Assembly (NCBI GenBank): GCA_964492865.1
Contig: CAZBLX010000001.1
Coordinates: 1-27,730 of the forward strand
Length of the DNA stretch: 27,730 nucleotides
Origin: an uncultured Planctomycetia bacterium
GTDB lineage: Bacteria > Omnitrophota > Gorgyraeia > Duberdicusellales > 4484-171
Direction: 5' to 3'
The notes beneath the pieces were generated by a model. The model did not search any database, was not told the origin of the DNA, and saw only the letters and a program-made list of their open reading frames with translations. This document shows, one piece after another, positions 1 to 10,400 of this stretch (the first letter of the stretch is position 1; every line of letters begins with the position of its first letter). A program made the position numbers and the translations under genes.

Positions 1-34
1 CCTCTCTTGCTTTTGTGCGAGGTCGCATTTTAAA

Positions 35-493
35 TTATAATTGAGAAAATACATCCGCCATCTCTATAGCTGCTCTTGCCGCCTCCCTTCCTTTATTACC
101 TTCTTTAGTTCCGGCTCTCTCTATTGCTTGCTCTATTGTATCTGCGGTAATTATTCCATAAATTATAGGAATTTTATAATTTAAAGAAAGATTAGCAATC
201 CCTTTAGTAACTTCAGAGGCAAGAAAATCAAAATGAGGCGTATCTCCTCTTATTAAAACTCCTAAGGCAATCAAGGCATCATATTTTTTTGAAGCTAACT
301 TAACTAACCCTTGAGGAATTTCAAAAGCACCCGGAACCCATACTACTTCGATATTTTTACCTTCTACTCCCAATTTTTTAAGCTCATCAAGACAACCTTC
401 CAGAAGTTTTAAACTTACAAATTCATTAAATCTTGATATTACAATACCAATTCTTTTTCCTTTTGCCTGATAATTTCCTTTTATCTCTTTCAT
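35..493 (-). CDS. ribH: 6,7-dimethyl-8-ribityllumazine synthase
   Basis: 152 aa with lumazine synthase motifs IVISRFN, VPGAFEIP, GVLIRGDTPHFDF and PIIYGIIT. GGAGG Shine-Dalgarno lies just upstream of the ATG at 493. Confidence 0.96.
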   Translation of the reverse strand: MKEIKGNYQAKGKRIGIVISRFNEFVSLKLLEGCLDELKKLGVEGKNIEVVWVPGAFEIPQGLVKLASKKYDALIALGVLIRGDTPHFDFLASEVTKGIANLSLNYKIPIIYGIITADTIEQAIERAGTKEGNKGREAARAAIEMADVFSQL

Positions 494-1988
494 CTCCGCC
501 TCCTTTTTGGGCTAAACACAAAGCTAAAAACTGAGCCTTTGCTTTATTTACTGTCTCTTTATATTCTTTTTCAGGATTTGAATCAAATACAATTCCTGCT
601 CCTGCCTGAACATAAGCATAATTATTTTTAAAAATAATTGTGCGGATTATTATACAGGTATCCAAAGAATCTGTAAATGAAAAATAACCCACACATCCAG
701 CATAAATCCCTCTTTTCTGAAGCTCTAACTCATTGATTATCTGCATCGCTCTCACTTTTGGAGCACCAGAGACAGTTCCAGCAGGAAAACAGGCTCGTAA
801 AGCATCAAACATATCATATTTTTTATCTAAAATTGCCCGAACTTCACTAACAATATGCATAACATGGGAGAATTTTTCTATTTTCATAAATATAGGAACT
901 TTTACTGTTCCTTTTTTAGCAACTTTCCCCAGATCATTACGCGCTAAATCCACAAGCATTAAGTGTTCTGCTCTCTCTTTGGAATCCTTTAAAAGCTCTT
1001 CTTCTAAGTATTTATCCTCTTCTTCGTTCTTGCCGCGAGGTCTTGTTCCTGCAATAGGTCGGGTTATCAAAACTTTATTTTCACATCTTAAAAGCATCTC
1101 AGGAGAAGCTCCAACAATTTTCAAATCCTTAAAATCTAAGTAATACATATAAGGTGAAGGATTCAACAATCTTAAATATCGGTAAACTAAAAGAGGATCT
1201 TTTTTAAAAGAAGTCCTAAAACGTTGAGAAAAAACTACCTGAATAATCTCACCATCTTTTATATATTCCTTTGCTTTCTCTACCTCTTTTAAAAATTCTC
1301 TCTTTTTAAAATTGGAAGAAAATTTTAAAGATGCTTTTTCCTCTAAATCCAAAGGTTTTAAAGGAGAAGGTTGTAAAATAATTTTAAAAATTCTCTCTAA
1401 AAGATTTTTTTCTTTCTGATATAAAGAAGCTTCAAATTTTTCAAGAGGTGAAAAAGAAAGTATCTCTATTTCTTTTTTAAGATGGTCAAAAATTATTAAA
1501 AATTTGGGAAGAATAAAATAAAGGTCAGCTGTATCAATATCATCAGGCAAACCCTCTCCTACAGGCTCTATAAATCTTACAAAATCATAACCAATATATC
1601 CTACAAATCCTCCAAAAAACCTTAAGTTTTTTTTAGGCCATACCTTAAATCTCCTAAATAATTTTTTAAGTTCTTCTAAAGGATCAGAAGAATTAACAGT
1701 AAAGACTTTTTCTTTTTTTTCTTCTTTTATATAAATCTCTTTTTCTTTACTTTTAAAAATAACCAGAGGCTTGAACCCCAAGAAAGAATAACGAGAAATT
1801 TTTTCTTCTCCCTCCACAGATTCTAAAAGAAAACTTTCTTCTTTAAATATTTTCCCTAAAGAAAAATAAACTGAAAGAGGAGTTAAATAATCAGAAAAAA
1901 AACGTAAAGAAAGAACAAAAAGATTTATCTTTGAGGGAATTTTTTTCTTTATCTGAAAAAATTCTTTTAAGGAAGGATATACCTTCAT
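426..1988 (-). CDS. trpE: Anthranilate synthase component I
   Basis: Chorismate-binding fold motifs: FLLESVE..RYSF (Trp feedback site), NPSPYMY, GASPE, PIAGTRPRG, KERAEHLMLVDLARNDLGKV, FPAGTVSGAPKVRAMQII and QAGAGIV. The C-terminal tail overlaps ribH by 68 bp. Confidence 0.9.
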   Translation of the reverse strand: MKVYPSLKEFFQIKKKIPSKINLFVLSLRFFSDYLTPLSVYFSLGKIFKEESFLLESVEGEEKISRYSFLGFKPLVIFKSKEKEIYIKEEKKEKVFTVNSSDPLEELKKLFRRFKVWPKKNLRFFGGFVGYIGYDFVRFIEPVGEGLPDDIDTADLYFILPKFLIIFDHLKKEIEILSFSPLEKFEASLYQKEKNLLERIFKIILQPSPLKPLDLEEKASLKFSSNFKKREFLKEVEKAKEYIKDGEIIQVVFSQRFRTSFKKDPLLVYRYLRLLNPSPYMYYLDFKDLKIVGASPEMLLRCENKVLITRPIAGTRPRGKNEEEDKYLEEELLKDSKERAEHLMLVDLARNDLGKVAKKGTVKVPIFMKIEKFSHVMHIVSEVRAILDKKYDMFDALRACFPAGTVSGAPKVRAMQIINELELQKRGIYAGCVGYFSFTDSLDTCIIIRTIIFKNNYAYVQAGAGIVFDSNPEKEYKETVNKAKAQFLALCLAQKGGGDERDKRKLSGKRKKNWYCNIKI

Positions 1989-1993
1989 AAAAA

Positions 1994-2317
1994 TTAAATT
2001 AATCTTTCAAAAAAACAGCTAAAATTTCCTGTGTGGCAAGCTACACCTTTCTGATCCACAATTACAAGTAATGCATCTTTATCACAATCATACCAAATCT
2101 CTTTAACCTTCTGAATATTACCACTAGTCTCACCCTTACGCCACAAAACCTTTCTTGAGCGAGACCAAAAGCAAGTCCTTTTTTCTTTTAAGGTAATTTT
2201 TAAAGCCTCTTTATTCATATAGGCAAGCATTAATACTTTTTTTGTTTTTCTATCCTGAACAATTACCGGAATTAATCCTTCTTGATTAAACTTAAATTTT
2301 GGTAATCTTTTTCTCAT
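1994..2317 (-). CDS. hisI: Phosphoribosyl-AMP cyclohydrolase (monofunctional, no HisE domain)
   Basis: 107 aa with [34 protein letters not shown] and [11 protein letters not shown]. Confidence 0.95.
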   Translation of the reverse strand: MRKRLPKFKFNQEGLIPVIVQDRKTKKVLMLAYMNKEALKITLKEKRTCFWSRSRKVLWRKGETSGNIQKVKEIWYDCDKDALLVIVDQKGVACHTGNFSCFFERLI

Positions 2318-2335
2318 TTTATCTTAAGGTGCAAA

Positions 2336-2364
2336 ATTATATCATAAAATCAAGCGTATGGGAA
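2336..2364 (-). promoter_or_regulatory. Putative sigma70-type promoter for hisI-trpE-ribH
   Basis: On the minus strand: -35 TTCCCA (2364-2359), 17-bp spacer, extended -10 TGa-TATAAT (2344-2336). The -10 ends 19 nt upstream of the hisI ATG. Confidence 0.6.
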
Positions 2365-2501
2365 ACACTTTCCTATCAAAACAATACCTGCTAAAATCAG
2401 ATAAAAATTTGACAAAAAGCAACCTTTTAGAGAAAATATATTTAGGTAGTTTTATAGAGTGTAAAATTTTAATAAAGTTTTTTAAAAAGATGGAGGTAAA
2501 A

Positions 2502-4334
2502 ATGAAGAAATGGATGAGAGGAATAAAAGGAAGAATGGGAATGACTATCGGAATTTTTATAATAGGAATATTAATAAGTCTGTTATTTCTTTCTTATGAA
2601 ATGAAAGCAATAACAACCTTTGTTCCTATTTTGCGAGCAGAAAGATTAATAAATGTTGTAGCTGCTCGAAATGCAGAGATAGCTTTCAAGGATTATCTTC
2701 TTACAGGAAGTAAAAAAGCTAAAGAAGATTTCTTTAAAGCATATAATGTAGCTGTAGGGGCAGGTATCTGGGGAAAGCTTCTTGAAAAAGATGTTGATCC
2801 TTCAGAGATAGTAAAAGAGTATAGAGAAACATGGCTGCATACAATGCATTTACCTGGTTATGAAGAATATAAAAGAGAGATTTTTCCCAGAGATGAAAAA
2901 GAGGTTGAAAATATAGTTCTTATTGGTTGTAAGCTTAAAAAAATAAAAAGTGTTCGGAAACTATTAGAAATAGCTTATTCTCACGGAGAGAAAGTAAAAG
3001 AATTAGGCGAAACAGTTAAAGAGTATTTTAAAATAAACGAAAGTTCACTGGAACCAGCAATAAAGGAGAAAGAATTAGCCTCTCTTCGCTTTAAGATAGA
3101 AAAACTTTTTGATGAAGTCTACGCAAAAGGTTCAGAATTTTCTCAAAGTGCAGCAGAGGTAGCTTATTGGATAACAAATGTAATTAACGTCCTCCTCATT
3201 TTAACAACTATATTTTTCATCACTTTTGGTTCTATTGTAGCATTTTTTCTTTCCCGAGCTATTATCCGACCTCTTCCTAAGCTTACAAATATCTCCAAAA
3301 GAATTGCTCAGGGTGATTTAACTGTATCCTGTGAAGTGGAAAGATCAACTGAAGAATTAGAAATTTTAATGAGTAGCACAAAAGAAATGATAGAAAATCT
3401 AAGACAGATAGTGCATAATATAAGAACTGCTGCAGATAAGGTAAATATTTCTTCCCAAAGTCTTTCTTCCTCTACTCAAGAAGTAAATGCCTCTATTGCT
3501 GAAATTTCAGGAGTAATTCAACAAATCTCTAAAGGAATGAGTATTCAATCAGATAAAGTGGAAAATATAAAAAGATTAATAGAAGAGATGGTAGGAGCAG
3601 TAAAAGAAGTTGTAGAAAATGTCCAAAGCAGTGCCAAAGATAGTGAAATAGCAGTAAATATAGCCCAAAAAGGTGAAAAAATGATTGAAAGAGTAGTGGA
3701 AAGAATGAGTAAAATCTTCTCTACAGTAAAAAATTCCTCAGAAACAATTCAAGCTTTAGCGGAAAGGTCACAACAGATAAGTGAGATTACCACTACTATT
3801 ACTAAGATTGCGGATCAGACAAATCTTTTAGCCTTAAATGCAGCAATTGAAGCAGCTCGAGCAGGAGAAGCAGGTCATGGATTTGCTGTAGTAGCAGAGG
3901 AAATTAGAAAACTTGCTGAAGGAAGTGCTCGTGCTTCCAATCAGATTGACGTCTTAATTAGAGGTATTCAAGGTGAAATAGAAAAAGCTGTAATCTCTAT
4001 GGAAGAAGGGACAAAAGATGTAGAAGAAGGTAGGGAAACAGTTACTTTTGCTAAGAATACATTCAATACTATTGTTAATACTGTTCAAAAAGTAGTCCCC
4101 ATAACAAAAAAAGGATTAGAACTTACGGATAAACAGCTCAAAATTACCGAAAAGGTAGTCAAAGCTATGGATGAAATTGCTAACATTGCTCAACAGTCTG
4201 CTTCTTCAACACAACAGGTGAGCTCTTCTATAGAAGAACAATCTGCCTCTATGCAGGAAATTGCTTCCAGTGCTTCTGAATTAGCTCATATGGCAACAGA
4301 TTTGAAAGAATCGGTAGCAAAATTCCGATTATAA
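2502..4334 (+). CDS. Methyl-accepting chemotaxis protein (TM1, extracytoplasmic sensor, TM2, HAMP, signalling domain), 610 aa
   Basis: Two hydrophobic segments, a HAMP-like stretch (IIRPL...IAQGDL...EELEILM) and the hairpin tip [38 protein letters not shown]. Start moved from 2358 to the ATG at 2502 because GGAGG (2492-2496) sits 5 nt upstream and TM1 follows. Confidence 0.93.
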   Translation: MKKWMRGIKGRMGMTIGIFIIGILISLLFLSYEMKAITTFVPILRAERLINVVAARNAEIAFKDYLLTGSKKAKEDFFKAYNVAVGAGIWGKLLEKDVDPSEIVKEYRETWLHTMHLPGYEEYKREIFPRDEKEVENIVLIGCKLKKIKSVRKLLEIAYSHGEKVKELGETVKEYFKINESSLEPAIKEKELASLRFKIEKLFDEVYAKGSEFSQSAAEVAYWITNVINVLLILTTIFFITFGSIVAFFLSRAIIRPLPKLTNISKRIAQGDLTVSCEVERSTEELEILMSSTKEMIENLRQIVHNIRTAADKVNISSQSLSSSTQEVNASIAEISGVIQQISKGMSIQSDKVENIKRLIEEMVGAVKEVVENVQSSAKDSEIAVNIAQKGEKMIERVVERMSKIFSTVKNSSETIQALAERSQQISEITTTITKIADQTNLLALNAAIEAARAGEAGHGFAVVAEEIRKLAEGSARASNQIDVLIRGIQGEIEKAVISMEEGTKDVEEGRETVTFAKNTFNTIVNTVQKVVPITKKGLELTDKQLKITEKVVKAMDEIANIAQQSASSTQQVSSSIEEQSASMQEIASSASELAHMATDLKESVAKFRL

Positions 4335-4353
4335 AAATTTTATTCTTTTTTGC

Positions 4354-4392
4354 TATTCTCTTTTAAATTTTGTTCTTAGCAGTAAGAGAATA
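4354..4392. terminator. Possible weak hairpin between convergent genes
   Basis: Inverted repeat TATTCTCTT (4354-4362) / AAGAGAATA (4384-4392) with a 21-nt loop. AT-rich with a large loop, so not a classic intrinsic terminator. Confidence 0.25.
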
Positions 4393-4406
4393 CCTCTTAG
4401 CAGTAA
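4374..4406. repeat. 12-bp direct repeat TCTTAGCAGTAA x2, 21-bp period
   Basis: Exact copies at 4374-4385 and 4395-4406 in the intergenic region between the MCP and the giant gene. Confidence 0.75.
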
Positions 4407-4499
4407 TTATCTTAAGGAAGAAGGATCCATTGGTTAAATTTTCCCAATTTTTTGCAAACTGATAATTGTTTTAAAATTTAGTTTTTTCTATAGTTTGAA

Positions 4500-7400
4500 T
4501 TACCAAGGATTGTTTTGACGAACTGTTTCTTTCAACGATGTAATAACCTGTAATTTTTCTATTTCTCTTTTTTCTTCTGACTCAATGATTACTTCAAAAG
4601 TAGAACTTAAATCTCTGTTTGCTTCTCTTTCTCCTCCATCAAAAAGAGGTTTTATTCTTTCCTCAAAGTATTCTTTGTTATTATATTCATCAGCAAAAAA
4701 GTTAGCTATTTTTTCTTTGATAAGAAAAGTATAAATCTCTTTTGCAATCCAATTAAAATCTTCTTCTAATTTAGCATCAACTCTTGTGGAAAGAACTGCC
4801 TCTGTTCCTGAAAATCTTACCAGTGTCCATCCTTTATCTTTAAAGAATATCTTTATTCCATCTATATCTGAATAACCAAAACTTCTTTCTCTGGCAAATT
4901 CAATCAACATCTTTTTAACTTCCTTCTTTATAATCTTCAGATTACCTTTGTATTTAGATAATAAGAATTCATGATAAGGAGGTCTTATATCAGGGCTGAA
5001 ATGCCATGAAGGTAATTTATTGATAAGCTTTTCTGTATTCCAATTTACCTCTTTTAAAGCCAAAAGTAAAAGTAAGCTTGCCTGAATTGAATCATCAAAA
5101 AATCCATTTCTTCCAAACCAAGAAGGATACATATGAGCTGATGCTTCAGCACCAAATACAGCACCTGTCTCTCTCATCTTCTTTTTTATATTGGCATGCC
5201 CTGTTTTAAATGTTACAGGAATTCCTCCCAATTCTTCAATCTTTTTAATAATACAGTCACTCATCTTTACATCCACTACTATCTTTGCTTTGGGGAATTC
5301 TTTCAATATTCTTTCTACAAATGTGCCCAAAATATGTTCTCCCTGAAAATCAAATCTTCTCTTTTTAATTTGAGCTACAGCACCAATTCTATCTCCATCT
5401 CCATCAATCCCTATTGCTATATGAGCATCTACCTCTTTTAGTTTCTCGTAAGCCTGATCCATATTCTTCTTTACCGTGGGGTCAGGAAGGTGAGCAGGAA
5501 ATCTTCCGTCAGGTTTCATATTTATTCCTACAACTTCTGCTCCTAATCTTTCTAAAACTTCTTTTAGAGCCTGGCCTGCTGTTCCATTTGCTGGATCAAT
5601 TACTACCTTTAAACCTTTAAGAGGTAAACCTTGCTTTTTAATCTTTTCTTCAACAAATTCATCTGAACTATCAACTAACTCTTTATATGAATATTTCCTC
5701 TGCAAACTTAACCATTCACTTGCTCCTTTTGCCCAACAGGAAGCAATCACCATATTTACATACTTCTTTAATATTTTTTCTGAATTTTCTCTAATTAAAT
5801 TGGCTTTTCTTTTAAATCCTACAAATTCTTGAGTATCTAAGCTCTTTTTGGCATATTCGGAAATCTTTTTTATCTCCTCAGTTGTAGGATTTCTCTGGCC
5901 CAATTTATCCTTTATCACTACTTTAAATCCATTCTCTCGAGGAGGATTATGAGAGGCAGTAACCATTATTCCTAAATCGGAATCAAAATAAAGAGTAGCG
6001 AAGTAAAGGATAGGGGTGGTAACTAAACCTATATCAATCACATCTATACCTAAATTTAACAAATTCTCTATTATTCTTTTTGCAATCCTTTCTGAAGAAA
6101 ACCGTGCATCTTTTCCTACAACACAGAGTAATTTATCTTTCTTATAAAACTCTTTCTGGGACTTAATCAAACCTTTTACCCAGGCATCTATAACTTCAAG
6201 AGTAAGGTATTTTTCTGCATCAGGAGCTCGCCAATCATAACTACGCGTAATAAAATCTATTCTCTCCTTATTTGTATAATCTCTTCCTCCATCTACCTCT
6301 TGTTTTTCTTGAGGAAAAACTATTCTGACAAAAGAATCTAAATTATCAAATGCTGAATATTTTTCTTTCTCAATTTCCAAAAATTCAAAAGTTAAATCTC
6401 TCAAAATAGAAAACCATCTCTTTAAATCATCAGCACAAAAAATTTCTCCCTTCCATTCACAACAAATATATTTATGATACAAACCTTCCTCTTCAACAAC
6501 ACCTCCTATATAAGAAGATATTTCTTCTTCTAAAGTAGAGAGATTTAAAATTAAAGAAAGTGTTTCTATCCAAGCTTCTGGAAAGAAAAAAGAAAAATAC
6601 TCTTCAGCTTTTTTTAAAGTTTTTCCTGTCTGAGAAGTGGCATCAATTATTAAAATTCTTAAAGGATTATTTAAGGAATTTTTTAATAAAGCAATTTCTT
6701 TTTTTATCTTCTCCAGATTCTTTTTATCTTCATTTATAAGATGAATTTCAGGAGCAAGAATTTGAGCCTGAGGTATATTTAAAAACTTAGACAAAATCTC
6801 ATAAACTATAATTAAAGGCCAGGCTTCTGTTCCTATAAATACACAAAGTTGAGGGAAAAATTCATCTTCTTTTATCTTTCTCAGCGCTTGATACATATAA
6901 AAAGGAACTCTTTCTTTCTTAAGAGTGAATATTTCGCCTCCACCATATTCTCTTCCTATTTTTATCTCTATATAGAAATCTTCATCAGGAATTTTTATAA
7001 ATTCTTGCAGATTTCTTCCTCCATCTCTTCTTTCAAAATTATTTAAAAATCCTCTTAAAATCTCATCTATCTTTTCTCTCTTTACAATCCTCACTCTATT
7101 CTGCAAATCTGTAGGCAGAAGTCTTTTTTCTCCACAAAAAAAGCTATATTTTCCCACTTTTAACATAGAGATATCATTTTTACTATCCCCAAAAACTGCT
7201 ATTTCATCTTCAGGTATCTTGTAAAAATCTAAAAAGTCTTTTACTGCTTCCTTTTTAGAAACTAAAGAGATATCTATAGCTACACTGGAGTAGGTAATCT
7301 TGAATTTTCTAAGAGAGTCTATATTCCTCAATCTCTTTTTGACTAACTTCGCCAGTTCCTTCATTAAATATTTTTCCTCAAAAAATTTAACTGTTACCAT

Positions 7401-10400
7401 AGAAATCTTAGGATAAGCTTTTATTATTAAGTTTTCTCCTCTCTTTACCAAGATTTCAGCCTCTTTTATTAACAAATTCCAATCTTCTCTTTTTATCTCT
7501 TCTAAACTTTCTCCAATCTCTTTTATAATCTTTTTTTTCTCTTCATAAGAACTAAATTTGCTATGCTTTATATCTACTTTTAAATTACCTTCTTCATCAA
7601 AATATCCCCAGACACTGCCCATCTCACTCAAAAAGAAAACTTTTTTCTTCCTGCGAATATCTTGAGGTAATCTTTCTCCTACCAACTCCTCCAAAGATTT
7701 AAGAGACTGTCCACTCACTATTACAAAAAATATGTCTTTCCTTACCAATTCTGATATTAACTCTATTTTCTTCTTTCCTAAAGGTATGGATGCTTTTTCT
7801 AAAGTATCATCATAATCAGTAAATATTGCTTTTATTCTGCCCCCATCTTTTAAAATCCTTTTTCTTCCTCTTCTTTCTGACTCAATATCTTTAACTACTT
7901 TCTCTAAAACTTCTTCTTTTATATCTGGTTCAATCTCTCTAATTATTTCAGGAAAATCTACTATCTCTCCTATCTCTTCATATTCTCTCTTCAGTCTTCT
8001 TGCTTCATTTCTTAATCTTCTGAAATATCTCTTTGCTATCTCATCTGCAGAAAATTTCAACCAGCTAACACTTAAATACGGTGAACCAATAACTACACCT
8101 TTTTTCTCTAATTTCTTTCTTTTCTCTTCTAAATCTGCAAATGTAATCCCATTTTCTGCGATAATCTTAATAAGTTTCCTCAATCGGGAAGTAGTCATCT
8201 TTATTTTAAATAAAGAAAATACTCTTAAAATGTCTTCTCGTTTGAGTTTTAAATGTTCATTTTCTTTTAAAAATTTCTCCAGAGGGTCTTCTGCCTTTAT
8301 CTTTTCTTCTATTTTCTGAATCAATTCTTCTATTTCTGAAGAATCAGAATACTTCCTTAATCTTTTTAACTTTCTTAATGCTCTTTTAAGCTTACCTTCT
8401 TTTATCCAGTTTTCTGCTTTTTTAAATTCTCTTCTTACCATCTCTTCTCTGTTTGCTTCCTCCAGAAAAACTTTTTTAGAACTTCTAAACATCTTTTTTT
8501 CTTGTGCTCTCTTTTCCTCAATTACCTTTATTTCTCTGCCCATTATCTTACTAATAATTTCCTCCCACGAAACTCCTCTTTTTTTCTTTATATCTAAAAG
8601 GGTTCTATATTCCTCAAGATACTGTCTTCTAAATCTTACTATGTCAAATACAGAAGAATCTCCTATAAATTCTTCTACTGCTTTTTTATATTTTGGCTTT
8701 TTTACTTCTTCTTTTATCTCTATCTCTTCCTCTTTTTTACCTACTATATCAGCAATAATTTTTTCTAAAGAAATTCCTTTCTTTCTTTCTATTCGTCGTA
8801 TAGTTCTGCATTCTTCAGGATATGACCTTCTAAACTCAGTAATATTAAATACATTTGAATCACCCATAAATTCTTTTACCGCTTTCTTATACTTCACCTC
8901 TTTTATTTTTTTCTCATACTCACATAAAGAATTCAGGGTAGGAAGAAATCCTTTCTCTATCCAGCTTGCTTCTAATCTATATCTTCTCAGTATACGACTG
9001 GTAACTTCACCTTTTTCCTGAGCTTTCTTTAAATCAGATAAACTTTTATAACCTAATATATTGGCTATAAAAAGCCAGGCTTTATATTGATTATGGATAT
9101 CCTTCCAATAGTTAGAAGAAATCTTTTTTAAACAGAACCAAGCAGCTTCTCTGAATACAGGGTTTTTCTTCACATAATTATGCGACTTATAAATTTCAAA
9201 AATCATTCCTTTAAATCGAGCAATTATTCCTCCCAGATGCATCTTATAAAATTCATCACGTCCAGGATAAAAGATATTCTTCTCGATCATCATATCTACC
9301 AACTTCTTTAAAGGAGTTTTCTTTCCTATTAAATCTAAAAATTCCCCAGGCAATGTTTTTCTTAGAAGCCATTCTAAAGCTTTCTCTTCTTTTTCTCTAT
9401 CCCAGCTTATATCTTTTATCACTAACCAGAATACTCTCTCCAGCAAAGGATAGTCTTTGTCAATCTCTGCTTCCTTTAGAATTTTTAAATAATCCAGTTC
9501 ATTCCTTTCTTGATAATAGTTTTTCAATCCAAAAAGACCAAAATTTACAAAACTTCTATAGCCAAAACATCTTAAATCATTTTCAATCAAATATCTTTCT
9601 GCTTCCTCTAAACTTATCCTTTTCTCTTTTAAGTTTTGAGAAAGCTTTATAAAATCCTTTGCTACTTTGCCAAATAACCATCTTATTGCTTTTTTGCGCA
9701 TCTTTATATTATCCCACTTTGTCTCTTTTAATAACCAAGGGGCTGTTTTCAAAACAGGATCCCATCTCTCAAGTTCAGTAACTTTTATAATCCATTCATA
9801 GTTCTTATCTCTTAAAAAAGAAAACTTTCTTTGTAATTCCCTAAAGGTTGGGTATCTTATCCTATTTGACAAGACAAAATTTTCCAAATCTTCATAATTT
9901 ATTTTTCCTTGATGATATTTTTCTATTTTTTCTTTATATTCTTGAGGCAATCTCTTTAAAATATATTCTTTAAGCTTAATTATTCTTTCTTCCTCTTTTC
10001 CTCCATCTTTAATAAATCCTTTCCCATTTCTATTTTTCTCCGCAAAAATCTTTAACAATCCTAATTTTTCTGTGACAGACTTAACATGAAGAAGCTGGGT
10101 GAGTTTAGGAATTCTATAGAAGAAAGAATTGGTGAATTTAAAATCTCTATCCTTAAATGAATTATTGAGCTCCTCATCAGACAAACCGTTATTATTCTTT
10201 CTATCCTTATTTTTATCAATCTTATTAAGCGAAATAGATAATTTCGTTTCTTTCCTCCCTCTGAAAGAAGAAAGTATGGCACTATTTCCATCTATGAAAC
10301 CTGAAATTCCCCCATCTTTTTTTTCCAACTCACGGGACACCAGAAACCTTATCCATGCATTATTAATTCTATTTTTAATCTCCTCAGGCTTATTAACATC

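Noticed and set aside
733-1143. 136-aa plus-strand ORF
   Set aside because: Antisense shadow of the conserved trpE core. It is S/F/L-rich with no independent signals.
426-1988. pabB (ADC synthase) as an alternative call
   Set aside because: NPSPYMY and the LLES feedback motif fit TrpE better, though a profile search is needed to be certain.
2409-2437. TTGACA upstream of the MCP as a promoter
   Set aside because: No convincing -10 at 16-18 bp spacing (best is GAAAAT).
2358-2501. Longer MCP start from the ORF track
   Set aside because: The extension is low-complexity intergenic-like sequence overlapping the divergent promoter. The ATG at 2502 has a GGAGG SD.
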